Shown piece after piece: positions 27,257 to 39,200 of a stretch of DNA of 64,000 bases (within the stretch, counting starts at the first letter, position 1; each line of letters starts with the position of its first letter). The DNA comes from Fimicolochytrium jonesii. Lineage: Eukaryota. The notes beneath the pieces are model-generated. The model did not search any database and was not told where the DNA came from. It saw nothing but the letters and a program-made list of their open reading frames with translations. The position numbers and the translations under genes are program-made. The stretch spans positions 310,001 to 374,000 of the forward strand of contig NW_026515676.1 in the NCBI RefSeq assembly GCF_025526975.1, read 5' to 3'.

Positions 27257-28880
27257 TCAATGGGTCAACTCTGCCCTCCGAAAGGCTCGCTTCAGCAAGT
27301 CACTGATCTTCTGGTCGGAGCGCATGGCAGCGATTTGGGCCTCGAGAGTTGCAACGTGCGCCGCCAATTTCGCTATGTCGGTGTCCTTCTCTTGTGAATC
27401 CTCCACGAGATGCGCATTGAGTTCATTAACGGTTGCCTCCAGTTTCTCCTTCTCCTCTCTTTCTCGCCGGTACACGCCGAGCGCTTCGGACACTCGGAGC
27501 TTGGAGTGTTCCGCTTTTGCCAGAAGTTGCTTTTCCAGTGTATCTTTAACCTTCGCGAGCTCGACGTGATCTCCACATGGAAGCGGCGCTTGTGCATTCC
27601 AAGTTTGATGTCGCAGGGATTCTTGTAATGCACATTTGGCAGGACTTGTGGGTCGTGCAGCGTCTACCGCAGCTTGCGTCTCGATCATCTCCGATCGCAT
27701 CCGATTGTACTCTGTCTGTAATGCAAGGAACTCTCCGACGTAGCTCGGGCACGCATAAAAATAAAGTGGACTTCTTTGTTAAAACAACCGTTGCTCTTCG
27801 GGCGTTGGTTTGATCCCTTCATCATCCCCACTATTATCTTCCAATCGTGATAAATCATCGACTTGCTCGGTCACTGTCAACGACGAATCGGTACGAGAGA
27901 GCGTGTGTCAGGAGCAGTGGAGATGGCGGAGACAGTTTGTCTCGGAGACAATGATGAACTCACCCTCACGCAAATGCGTATTCCTCCTCCTCCCACAACT
28001 CGGAGCCCGCTGTCTCGTCGCCACCAGATGTAGATCCGTATGACAACACGGACTCCGAGTGTGGGAGGCTCTCCATCGACATATACTCCTCGTCATCATC
28101 ATCGGCGTCGTCGGAGGCGGGTGTAAAAGCCTGCCCCGTCTCTGCCTTCTGCTTCGCAGCTGCCAGGCGCGCTCGGTGGGCGTCGAAGAGGGGCGTAGTG
28201 TGCGCCATCATCGCCTGGCGTGTGGTTGAACCGCACGTCTCCTTCACCAGCTTTCCCAACGCCCGCCAGTGTCCCTCCTCCTCCTCAAGTGTGGCCAGCT
28301 CCTCTTGCGCCATTTCGGCTGCGTCATACCCCTCCTCGTCCTTGTCGCCGGTCGTGGGGGTGGGCGCTGCTGCTGCTGCTGCTGCGGCTGCTACCCCTGC
28401 GATGGCGGCGGCGCGGGTGGGGCGGGTGGGCCGCGGGTGGGGCGGGTGGGCATGGGGGCAGGGTTGAGGAGGGCGGAGATTGGGATGGGGTTGGGGATTG
28501 GGGCGGGGTTAAGGAGGCTGGTGATCGCGAGGGGGTTGGGGATAGGGGCGGTGGGAGCGGCAGCGGCGACGGGAGGGTGGGGGGTGGAGACTGGGGGCTG
28601 GGGGGCGGAGACGGGGGGCTGGGGGGCGGCGACAGGGGGAGCGGCGGCAGAGACGGGGGCTGGGCGGTGGAGACGGGGGTTGGGATGGTGGGAGGGCGGG
28701 GCGGGAGGTGAAGGGTGAGGCGCGTGGTGGCTTGGGCGGGTGCGGGGAGGTGGTTGAGGGGACGACGGGTTTGCCCGGGAGGGCAGCGATGGCATCAAGA
28801 TACGCCTGGGCGCGCCCACACTTATTGCAGGCAGCCCGGGCTGTCTTGATGTTGTTGACAATGCCCGTACGCCACGCAGC
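27257..28880 (-). pseudogene. Decayed gene: half GATA-like finger, Pro-rich repeats, acidic tract and coiled coil
   Basis: AWRTGIVNNIKTARAACNKC, (PPVxAPQ)n repeats at 28570-28680, acidic 27966-28313 ORF, coiled-coil 27257-27700 ORF; frameshifted. Confidence 0.45.
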
Positions 28881-28889
28881 TCCCAGTCT

Positions 28890-30786
28890 ACGCCACTTGT
28901 TGAGCACTCTGTCGTTTTCAAGAGTCATGGCAATTGTGCTTCTCTGCAGCTCCTTGACCATGAGTGCTGAGACTTCAAGGGATGCTGGCTCCTTTGCCCG
29001 TATAGAGACTGGAGCAAGTCAACATTGTGTCAGACCTTTGATCCTCTTGCAGACACGGACATTTACAGAGGACCATAGCAGCTGAAGCGCTCGGTTTCTG
29101 AGTAGAGAACTGCCCGCCCTAAGTCGCTCTCATCGTCATCCTCGTCCAATGTGGATGCCCTCATCACCTCCACATCCTCAGCTTCATCACTGTCATCATC
29201 GTTGCTGTCGTTGTTGCGAGCCTTGGGTGCGACGACGTTGAGGTGGGGAGGTGGGACGGGAGACCGGGGGGGGGGGGGGGGGGGGGACGCGGGGCGCTTT
29301 CCACTGCGGCTACGCAGCCCGAACGCAACCAGCAGTCAGTCCGCTTGATGCCAGCTTCACCTCCCCTTCGCCCCTCTCCAATAAGACGTCCATTCATGTG
29401 TGTGCCTCCGTACGCCACGGTGCGTAATCATGGAGCAGAGAAATACTCGATGGTCGCTGAGCCGAGGAGGCCTGGATTGATGAGGACCGTGGTGAAGAGC
29501 ATCCGCTGATATGCGGTACAAATAATGATACAGTGTTCTTGCGGCCCGATTGCCTGGCAGATCCGCGTGTGTTCCAAGCGCCATTCGTCTTCCAGCGACT
29601 TCCTGAGCCCCTTCCAATACACCCAAAAGCTGAAGAGGCTCAGCCTGCGAATCTCCGACGCCTTTCCGTACAGGAAAAGGGCGTCCAGTATTGCGGTCAG
29701 ATCGTCCGTGAAGGCTTCCGATCGCTGTGTTGGCTTGATCGCCGTGTACTCAAATAACCCCTCCAGCTCCTCCTCTCTGTCTTTCAACCTCGTTTGAAGA
29801 CTGGCGCTAAACAACTCGAGTTCTTCGATCGTCTGTGGGGCTGGGGGTAGATCTTCGGCGTTGTCGTCCTGCGCCGACTGCTTGCCCTTCCCCGTGTCTT
29901 CAGCGCGCTCGGCCGCGAGCTTTTCCTTGAGCCCCCACGTGGCGACGATGTTTCGAACACGGCGGCCATTCAGCGCCCTCATCCAGGTTACCCGCTGTCG
30001 TCGCCGGTCATTCGGAGACCGACCTCGAGGGTCATTGTCGTAATCAACAAAGCCCCGCGGCCCGAAGGTCTCATGCAATCGAGTTTGTCCGGCAGCCGCT
30101 TGACCTTCCGTTGTCACCCAGAGGACTGCAACGTTCTCAATAGTCTTGAGCTCCGAGGCCCAAGCCATCTCCACTTGAAGTTGCATACGAAAGAAGTGCC
30201 CGTATCCGGTTGGGGAGGGATTGTTGTTGTGAAGGAAGGTCGTTGCCATCACTGCGCGCTTTTCCGCAACCTCCTCGTCTTCGGAATAATGGTACAAGTC
30301 AGGCAAAACGGCCGACGTTGCGCTCAATTCGGCCACCGATAGTCCGAAGAGCCATGTTTGCATTGCGGATGTTACTCGCAGGGACAAGCCTTGGTTTGGC
30401 ATTGACGCCGCATGGTTACTTTCCAGATATGCCTGCACCCCGTGATTTTGAATGTGGCCAGCTCGTCGCTGCATTGCCAGTGCACAGGGGTATTCCGTTC
30501 CCATTCCACAATCCGGCGCACCATTTCGTCCCACCCCTCGATTTTCTCCTTCTTCACATGGACCGTGGTGCCTGCGATAGTCTTGAGGACTTCCGTTGTG
30601 GTAATGGTTTCCTCTGGTCGTGGGTGTGGTGATGGGTTGGGGGGTGCAGGGCGGTCGTATGGTTTTGGCCGGTGGTGGGAGCTGCCTGTGTTTGATGGGA
30701 TCGCATAAATGAAGCGTCCGCCTATAGAAAAGCCCTCCTGGTCCTTGAACAGTGCTCACCTTGAGACCTTGTACCAACATCGACAT
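28890..30786 (-). pseudogene. Decayed gene(s) of unknown family
   Basis: 452-aa ORF with probable internal frameshift. KLAAERAEDTGKGKQSAQDD shared with 45.6 kb; RASTL and LENDR blocks shared with 26 kb. Confidence 0.5.
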
Positions 30787-30925
30787 CTAACGATGCAACT
30801 CGCCTAGATTCCACCAATACCAGCTTTGCCATGGCGAGGCAGGTCATGATCGTTTTGCGGTCCTGTGGAAGGCTTCCTGGATCCAGTTGTAGCATTGCGG
30901 CCGTATGGGTACACATCCCGTCTTG

Positions 30926-31092
30926 TGTTGTGGAACTCGTTACTTTATTCCCCTTCACACACACCACTCGTTTTATAGACATTCGATCGGACGGTCTGCA
31001 CACACACACAACCAGCTCTCTATCTGCAGAGAAGAAAAGGGGTACGGTAACTATAAAAAGGAAGCTGTGGCTGAAACTGGTTGTTTACAACA
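30926..31092 (-). repeat. Copia 3' LTR (167 bp)
   Basis: Differs from 44094-44260 at 3 positions (30969, 30984, 31033). Confidence 0.97.
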
Positions 31093-31251
31093 CTCCCTCT
31101 CAGACTGCAGATCGAATTCAGTCGCAGTCACTGTCGCAGTCGCAGTCATCGTCGCAGTCGCTCTGCATTCTGATCCCATGGAACGTTCCGCTCTCAACTT
31201 CCGCGATCGATGGAGACAGCCCGGAATAGGGGCAGCCTCGCGATTCGCTCT

Positions 31252-31376
31252 TCTCGACTTCCCAATCGCTTGAGGTGCAGCCTGGATTTGGGCACTCGCG
31301 GTACGCTCTCTCGACTTCCCAATCGCTTGAGGTGCAGCCTGGATTTGGGCACTCGCGGTACGCTCTCTCGACTTCC
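31252..31376. repeat. 57-bp tandem duplication in copia 3' UTR
   Basis: TCGACTTCCCAATCGCTTGAGGTGCAGCCTGGATTTGGGCACTCGCGGTACGCTCTC x2 plus partial third copy. Confidence 0.9.
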
Positions 31377-31493
31377 GTCATCGCTTCGCCATCGTAGTCG
31401 TGGATGCCTCGGTAAAAACCTCTCCCAGGTGTAAAAACCTCCGTGAGGAAAAAAAAATGGATCCTGGGAGTAGGAAAAGAGCGCATCGTCGTA

Positions 31494-33443
31494 TCAGGCA
31501 ACATCGGCTTTTCGGCGCAATCCTAGAGCGTGAACAAACTTCCAGTGTTTGTTTTCATCGAGTGACTTGGTAAATATATCCGCAACGTTGTCGTGCGTAT
31601 TGATCTGAGTGACGTTCATTGTTTTCGCATTCTCTTGACGGATATAGGCATAAACTTTGGGCTCGATGTGCTTGGTTCTGTTGCCTTTAATGAAGCCGTT
31701 GGCGATTTGGATGATGCATGGGGAGTTATCTTCGAATATCATTGTTCGTTCATGGCAGGTGTCGCCTCTTCTCGTCGTAGATTCCACATGGTTGATCATC
31801 ATCCGCAACCAAATGGCTTCCCGGGTTGCTTCATGTAGGGCGATGGTTCAGCGTGGTTTGAGGATGTTGCGACGACGGGTTGTTTCGTGGATCGGTGACA
31901 TATTGCGGTTCCGCCGTGAAGAAAAACGTATCCAGTTTGCAATTTTGCGGTATGTGGATCTGAGAGGTATCCGGCGTCGGAGTAGCCAACCAAAGCCTTG
32001 TTCTCCTTTTTCTCGTAGAATAGACCGAGGTCGCTGGTTCCTTTTAGATACCGCAGAATGTTTTTCACACCCATCCAGTGTCGTTGTGTCGGTTCTTTCG
32101 TCGAGCGGGCAAGACAGTGGACGGCGAAGGATATATCTGGACGCGTGCAGTTGGCAAGGTACATCAACGCTCCTATGGCGGCGGCATACGGTGTATCGGC
32201 ATCTAGGACAGCCTCATCGTCATCTTTTGGTCGATATATATCCTTCTCGCATGTTGTACTTCGTTGAGGTAAGCGCGTTTTGCGCGGATGAGCGTTTTCC
32301 ATGCCGAATCGTTTAATGATATTGTTCGTATATCCCGTTTGATGTAGAAGAATACCGTTTTGGGTGTGAAGGAGCTCTAATCTGAGGCAGTATGATGTCC
32401 GCCCGAGATCCTTCATCTCGTATTCGGTCTTGAGGTGGGAAATATCGCTCTGGATAGCTGCGTCAATGCCAACCATATTGAGATCGTTGACATAAACTGC
32501 AATGATGACGAATTCTCCCGTCTTGGGGTTGCTTTTGATGAATAGACAGGGAGTGATGTCCTCGTTGACGAAACGGAGGGATATGAGGTATGCTGAATAC
32601 CTCAGAGTTGTTGGTACCATATGCGTCCTGATTGCTTTAATCCGTAGAACGATTTCTTCAATTTTACGCACGCTAAACGCAGTCCTTTCGTCGGCAGTGG
32701 GGATTTCATGTAGATGACTTTATCGAGGTCGCCGTAAAGATACGCGGTAATGACATCGAGTTGATGCATCTTCAAGAGGTGTTGAGTAGCGTAGCTGATG
32801 AGGAATCGAAACATGATTGCGTCCATCACCGGTGAGTATGTATGCTCATAATTGATACCATACGTCTGCGTGAACCCTTGGGCAACAAGATGGGCTTTAT
32901 AGCGGGAGACTGATCCATCTGCGTTTCTTTTTCGCACTGGAACAAATCTGTGGCCAACGGGAACAATGTCAGAAGGACATTCTTCAACTTTGTCAAATAC
33001 CTCTCTTTTTCGCAAAGAATTCAGCTCTTTGTCAATTGCTTGTTTCCATCTCCGCCAGTCCGGGCGTTTCATTGCTTCTGCGACGCTCCTGGGATCTGGG
33101 TCATCCAGCGCTGTGGCTAGCAGACACGCGGATGCGATGTGATGGCAAGGAACCTCTGTGATTGGCGTTTTTCTAGCCTCCGTTTCATCCAAACTGACAA
33201 AATTTGCCGTATTTAGGCCTGCATGGGTGTCCCCATCGCTTTCAACTGCATGGGCGTCCCCATCGTTGTTTGCGGGTGTAGCCACTTGTGGCATTGCAGC
33301 TCTTGGCGTTGTAGCCTCTTTTGGCGTCGTAGCCTTCATCATACGTGCACGCTTCTGGGGCGCCTTTGATTTTCCGTCGGTATGCCGTTTTGTACTCATA
33401 GGTAGGGGAGCTGGTCGTTCAACGGGAACGATAGCTGGCATAT
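31494..33443 (-). pseudogene. Copia pol: reverse transcriptase and RNase H, frameshifted
   Basis: DPRSVAEA, RYKAHLVAQGFTQ, QLDVITAYLYG, YGLKQSGRIW, AVYVND (YVDD degenerate), GALMYLANCTRPDI, YSDAGY, RTKHI, ADIFTK. Confidence 0.95.
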
Positions 33444-34005
33444 TGTAATAATGCTAGGTCTGTTGTCAGAGGCAAGCTCTGCCTCCGCTTCGATGTATTG
33501 AAAGAATTCTAGAGTTTCTACCTCTCGGGGCGCCGCCCGAAGGCTTTTCTTCCCTTCGGGAGTCACCCCAGAGCGTAGAACTCCAATATAATCTATGCTA
33601 CACGTGATCTCATGCCCTACGCGCTTCCCCACACTAAGGTGACACCTGCAGCACCTCATTACACCCCCCTTAGAGCCAAGTGTCACTCCGACACCGACCG
33701 CACCTGTCAGTCGCTCCCCGCTGTTCCTCGATGTGCAGCTGACACAGGTGTCGGCCATGAGGAGTGCGCATGGCTCTATTGGAGCGGCTGGGGGCACCGG
33801 TGGTCACCACGATGGCAATCAAGTCCACGCCGATATGAGGTAGAGATGATTCGGCCGCAGCTGGTCATGGGGCGCTATGGTCCTTGTTGCTGCGGCATAT
33901 AAAAGGAAGGCAGTAGTCCCCTCGGCACCTTCCCGCCAGTCTCCGGACTTACATTTCTTACCCCCAATCTCGTAACCTCTCACCGTCGCCGTTCCCCTCT
34001 TCACT

Positions 34006-34756
34006 ATGGCCAGCGTAGCTCCTCCTGCCAAGCCCACTGCTGCCGGCCCGTCATCGGGGAAGAAGAAAGTAGGGGAGGGCCCCACCAAAGGCGACAGCCT
34101 AAAGAAGGCTCTCAAGCGACAGTGAGTGGTGAGTCCACGGAGGTTGCCCAATTGACCGAACTTACGTGGTTTGACCAATTCTATCTCAGGACACCCCCAA
34201 GGTGCACGCGGACAGTACCCCGGAGCCCCCGGCTCCACCGGCCCGACCTACGTGTTGGAACTGCAACACTTACCGCGCCCGCAAGATGTTCCCCTCGGCG
34301 TGCCAGCATGTTATATACCGGCCTTGCATCCTCCCGCTCTGTGATGACACCGTAAGGAACCGCATGTCATGGGTGGTTCCCGTGAGGTGACTGACAGCTC
34401 ACGTCTCTTCCCAACACGCCTGTCGGGGAGTTCACGTGCGGCTACGTTGACGGTTTCGGGGAGGAGTGTGAAGCGCCGCTCTTCTGCCAGGCGCTACCCT
34501 GCACCTGTGTGTGGCCCGACTGCGATTGTCTGGCCCAGGACGTGCAGGTCTTCCCCTGCGACCACATCCAGTGTATGGGGCATGTCCGTGCGTAAGTACA
34601 ACAGTCGTGAATTTTCGACAGGTCCCGCCACTGACGTGATGCGCTCCGTCTAGCCAGATGAACGTCCAGCAGTTCATCCCGCTGCGTTGTGGCATGGGGA
34701 CTGCCTGCCACGGCACACGTTGCCAATGGTCTTTCGCCAAACAGGCTGGTATTTAG
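34006..34756 (+). pseudogene. 3-intron gene encoding a ~193-aa tandem RING-like Cys/His protein; one in-frame TGA
   Basis: Exons 34006-34128, 34190-34351, 34398-34591 and 34654-34756 join in frame at GT-AG sites. TATAAAA at about 33898. Motifs CWNC..CQH..(Y)RPC..C..C and CVWPDC..CDH..CMGH..C..C. Confidence 0.7.
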
Positions 34757-34845
34757 CCTGGCGTCGTCGTTCTTCTTTCTTGTATATATTTCGTTGAATT
34801 TGATCTCTTGGGAGCGTTTCCCTTTGGTACTTCACCGATCGTCCT

Positions 34846-35591
34846 GAGCCCTGGTGCCTCGCACCCGCTCGCATCCGAGGCCTTGGGATTGCATACCCGC
34901 CCGCATGAGCCCTGACACCTCGCTTGCCCGCTCGCATAGGCCCTGGTACCCTGTACCCGCCCGCATCCTAGGCCTTGGTATGGCATACCCGTCCGCATGA
35001 GCCCTGACACCTTGCTTGCCCGCTCGTGTTATGATCTCGACGACTGAGGCGGAAGCGAAGTAGAGAAGACAGAGCGAGAGCGATAGGCGACAAGAGATTG
35101 TATTGGCGAAACAAGAAACAAGGACTAGATCAGTAGATGAGAAGACCTGGTGTTGATCTGCTGGGGAGGAAGGGAATGGACAAAGAGAGGCCGGCTATTT
35201 GTAGATAGACAACCCAGCAGATCAAAGAACACCAACAACAAGAGGGGACTGAGGGGGGCGCCAGCTATGCTCCTAGAGCGGGCGCGGCGAGCGTAGAGAG
35301 CATTGCTACAGCTGCTGGCTATGGAGATGTAGTGGGGGATGTGGAGAAGCCGAGGGGGGATTGGCAAAATGAGAGGAGAGAGGAGGAGCGGCGATATTGC
35401 GGGAGGATTGGCGAAATGAGAGGAGAGAGGGGGAGTGGCATTGACATTGACATTGACACTGACATTGACACTGACATTGACATTGACATTGGCATTTGAC
35501 ATTGGTGGTTGACATTGGCGGCTGTCAGTAGGTAAGCTTATGGTATGGGCGCATCGTCCATAACAGCTCGCATAGGCCCTGGTACCCTGTA
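34846..35591. repeat. Tandem array of ~30-bp subunits (~92-bp higher-order unit), split by the solo LTR
   Basis: Six subunits ending CCCG(C/T)(C/T)CGCAT; array resumes at 35566-35591 after the LTR. Confidence 0.85.
35027..35565 (-). mobile_element. Gypsy solo LTR with TSD
   Basis: TGTTATGA...CCATAACA, homologous to 41423-41960; GCTCG on both sides (35022-35026, 35566-35570); internal (GACATT)n. Confidence 0.95.
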
Positions 35592-36257
35592 TTGTGGAAG
35601 ACCAGGTCGGCGGTGGATTCAGCGGATTCTGACTCGCTGCAGGCGATGAAGTGGGCCATCTTGGTGAGGCGACAGTTGACGTTCAGGATGGAGTCGTACC
35701 CATCAATGGGAGGCAGACCGGTGATAAAGTCCAGGGACCAAGATCCCCAAGGGCGGGTAGGAATACTGTTGGGCTGGAGTAGGCCGTACGGTTTGTGTTG
35801 ACTGGATTTCGCTTGGCTACAGATATCCCAGGACTTGACATAGGCCTTGACGAAGCGCCACTGGCTGGGCCACCAGTAGTTGCGGGAGGCGAGTTCGAGC
35901 GTCTTGGACATCCCAAAGTGGCCGGCTAGGGGTGTATCGTGCATGTTGTGGCAGACTTCAGCTTGGAGCTCATTGGTGGGGACATAGACAAGGTTATCGT
36001 GCAGCAGGACCCCATCTTCATCTGAGAACCGCTTGATACGATCTTGGGTTTCCTCGGTTCGTTGGGCGAGGGGTATCTTGAGCTTTTCACGAATGGTCTT
36101 AGCGAGGGGATCAGAGGCCTGGGCGGCCTTAATCTTGTCAAGCAGCGTGGTATCCATGGGTGTGAGGTAGGCCGCGGCGAGTCGAAGGCGTTCGGGAGTC
36201 AAAATTGTGGTTGCCTGGGAGCGGAACGCTTCTTCCCCCTCTTTTAGCTCATGTTCG
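35592..36257 (-). pseudogene. Second copy of gypsy pol fragment (RH-IN linker / integrase N-terminus)
   Basis: Near-identical to about 37427-38092. Confidence 0.92.
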
Positions 36258-39200
36258 AGAGAGGAGGAGTGGTGATATTGCAAGAGGATTGGCAAAATGA
36301 GAGGAGAGAGGGGGAGTGGCATTGACATTGTCATTGACACTGACATTGACACTGACATTGACATTGACATTGGCGTTTGACATTTGGCGGTTGACATTGG
36401 CGGCTGTCAGTAGGTAAGCTTATGGTATGGGCGCGTCGTCCATAACATCACCCCTCTCTTTAGCGGCGGCGGCAGCGGCGTCGAGTTTGGTGTGGCCGCA
36501 GAGGAGGTGCTACGGGGACAGAGGAAGGCTTGTTGGGGTACGCGCTGTGGAAGTCCTGGAGGAGTGCGTCGGTATGGGTGAGGTGTTCCACGGGCTCCCA
36601 GGTGTTCTCGGAGTCAGGCCAGCCCTGCCATTTGACCAAGTACTGAAGGCGACGACAATGGATGCGAGAGTCAAGGATGGCTTCGACAACCCACTCTTCT
36701 TGACCCTCAACGGTCTCTGGGGGCGCGGGTTCGGGTTCGTGTCGTTCGGGGATAGTGAAGCGGGGTTCGAGGAGCGAGACATGGAAGACATCGTGGATTT
36801 TGTACGTAGGCGGGAGCTTGAGCCGGTAGGCGACGGGATTGATTTTTTCAACAATGGGGAATGGCCTGATCTTGCGATGGTCGAGTTTCTGAGAGGGCCG
36901 GGCTGTCTGGAGGTTTTTGCGGAGGAGCCAGACATGGTTGCCAGGCTTGAAGTCCGGTCCAGGAATTCATTTAGCGTCGGCGTAGCGCTTCATCTGATCT
37001 TGGGCTTCCTTGAGCTCGAGGGCGAGCTGTTCATGGACTTCCCTGATTTGTTTAGCGCGGGCTTCAGCGGCGGGGTTGACGGATTCGGAGGTAGCAGAGG
37101 CTGCGAAACTGAAGCGGGGGTGGAGACCCTTGTTGGCGTAGAAGGGGGTGGTCTGGGAGGCGGACTGGTGGGTGTTGTTGTAGGCAAACTCGGCGGACGA
37201 CAGAAGCTGTTTCCAGTTGTCCTGTTGGTGGTTGCAAAAGCATCGGAGATACTGCTCCAGGATCTGGTTGGTGCGTTCCGTCTGGCCATTGCTCTGGGGG
37301 TGGAAGGCCGAGGAGAGGTTGGCTTTTGCCCCAAGGAGTTCGAGAAGTCGACGCCAGAACCGGGACTTAAACTGGGGTCCTCGGTCAGAGATGACGTCGT
37401 CGGGGAGGCCGTGGAGACGGATGATGTTGTGGAAGACTAGGTCGGCGGTGGATTCGGCGGATTCTGACTCGCTGCAGGCGATGAAGTGGGCCATCTTGGT
37501 GAGGCGACAGTTGACGTTCAGGATGGAGTTGTACCCGTCCATGGGAGGCAGACTGGTGATAAAGTCCAGGGACCAAGATCCCCAAGGGCGGGTAGGGATA
37601 CTGTTGGGCTGGAGTAGACCATATGGTTTGCGTCGAATGGATTTCGCTTGGCTACAGGTATCGCAGGACTTGACGTAGGCCTTGACGAAGCGCCACTGGC
37701 TGGGCCACCAGTAGTTGCGGGAGGCGAGTTCGAGCGTCTTGGACATCCCAAAGTGGCCGGCTAGGGGTGTATTGTGCATGTCATGGCAGACTTCAGCTCG
37801 GAGCTTGTTGGTGGGGACATAAACCAGGATATCGTGCAGCAGGATCCCATCTTCATCTGAGAACCGCTTGATACAATCTTGGGTTTCCTCGGTTCGTTGG
37901 GCGAGGGGTATCTTGAGCTTTTCACGAATGGTCTTAGCGAGGGGATCAGAGGCCTGGGCGGCCTTAATCTTGTCAAGCAGCGTGGTATCCATGGGTGTGA
38001 GGTAGGCCGCGGCGAGTCGAAGGCGTTCGGGAGTCAAAATTGTGGTTGCCTGGGAGCGGAACGCTTCTTCCCCCTCTTTTAGCTCATGTTCGGAGCGTCG
38101 GGAGAGGGCATCGGCTTGGTGCTGCTGGGAACCGGGGCGATAGGTAATGACAAAGTCAAAATCCGAGAAGAATATCGACCAGCGGGCTTGGCGGCGGTTC
38201 AGGGTGCGGTTGGTCATGAAGTACTGAAGGTTTTTATGGTCGGAGTAAACGGTGATCTTGTGACGGGCGCCAATGAGATGGTGTCGCCACTGGGCAAAGG
38301 AGTCTTGGATGGCCAGAAGTTCCTTGTCGTAGAGCTCGTAGTTGATCTCTTCGGCCGTGAATTTGCGAGAGTGGAAGACCACGGGGTGGAGCTGATTGTC
38401 CTGGTCAGGTTGGAGGAGAACTGCGCCAAGAGCGAAGTCGGAGGTGTCAGTTTCGACGACGAAGGGCTTCTCTGGGTCAGGGTGAGCAAGGATGGGGGCG
38501 GTGGTGAATGCTTTCTTCAGGTTCTCGAAGGCGGGTGTTTGCGGCGGGTGTCCAGGCGTACGGGATGTCTTTCCGGGTCAGGGCTGTGAGCGGGGTAGCG
38601 ATCTTGGAATAACCTTGGATGAATCGGCGATAGAAGTTGGCAAAGCCGAGGAAGCGCTGGACGCCTTTGACATTCTTGGGAGGTTCCCAATCTGTGATGG
38701 CAGCGATCTTCTTGGGGTCCATCTGGATGCCTTTCTCGGAGATGATGAAGCTAGGAACTCGACAGATTCGCGGTTGAATTCGCACTTCTCGGGTTTGGCG
38801 TACAACCCATGCTGGCGGAGGCGGGACAAGACTTCGCGGAAGTGCTTGGGGTGATCTTCGAGGTTCTTGGAGAATGTCAGGATATCGTCAAGGTAGACGA
38901 CAACAAACACATCGAGAATGTTGCGGAAGATGTCGTTCATTAGGTACTGGAAAACGTCAGAAGCATTGCTGAGTCCAAAGGGCATGACGTTGTATTCGAA
39001 TAGGCCGTAGCGGCAGCGGAGAGCGGTCTTCCATTCATCGCCTGGGCGCATGTGTAAGAGGTTGTAAGCGCCGCGGAGGTCGATCTTGGTGAGACGGCGG
39101 GCGCCGCGCAAACGATCCATGATACCGTTGATCAGGGGCAGGGGGTAGCGATTCTTCACCGTGATGCTGTTCAGGCCTCGATAATCCACGCAGAGGCGGA

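Larger units (their letters stand above)
33444..35591 (-). mobile_element. 3' remnant of a third LTR retroelement (220-bp LTR, PPT, antisense cargo gene, tandem array); gag/pol deleted
   Basis: 33444-33663 begins TGTAAT and ends ATTACA. AAAGGGGGG PPT abuts it on the minus strand (33664-33672). It interrupts copia pol. Partner LTR/TSD absent. Confidence 0.7.

Noticed and set aside
31252..31376. CRISPR-like array (also 34846-35026)
   Set aside because: Contiguous tandem units without unique spacers, eukaryotic context, no cas genes.
35306..35515. CQCQCQ / NVNVSV ORFs (also 41595-41910) as metal-binding peptides
   Set aside because: They are translations of the (GACATT)n microsatellite within the gypsy LTR.
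36427..37440. 337-aa plus-strand ORF
   Set aside because: Antisense shadow of gypsy integrase/chromodomain; likewise 5137-5898 and 50410-51204 shadow real genes.
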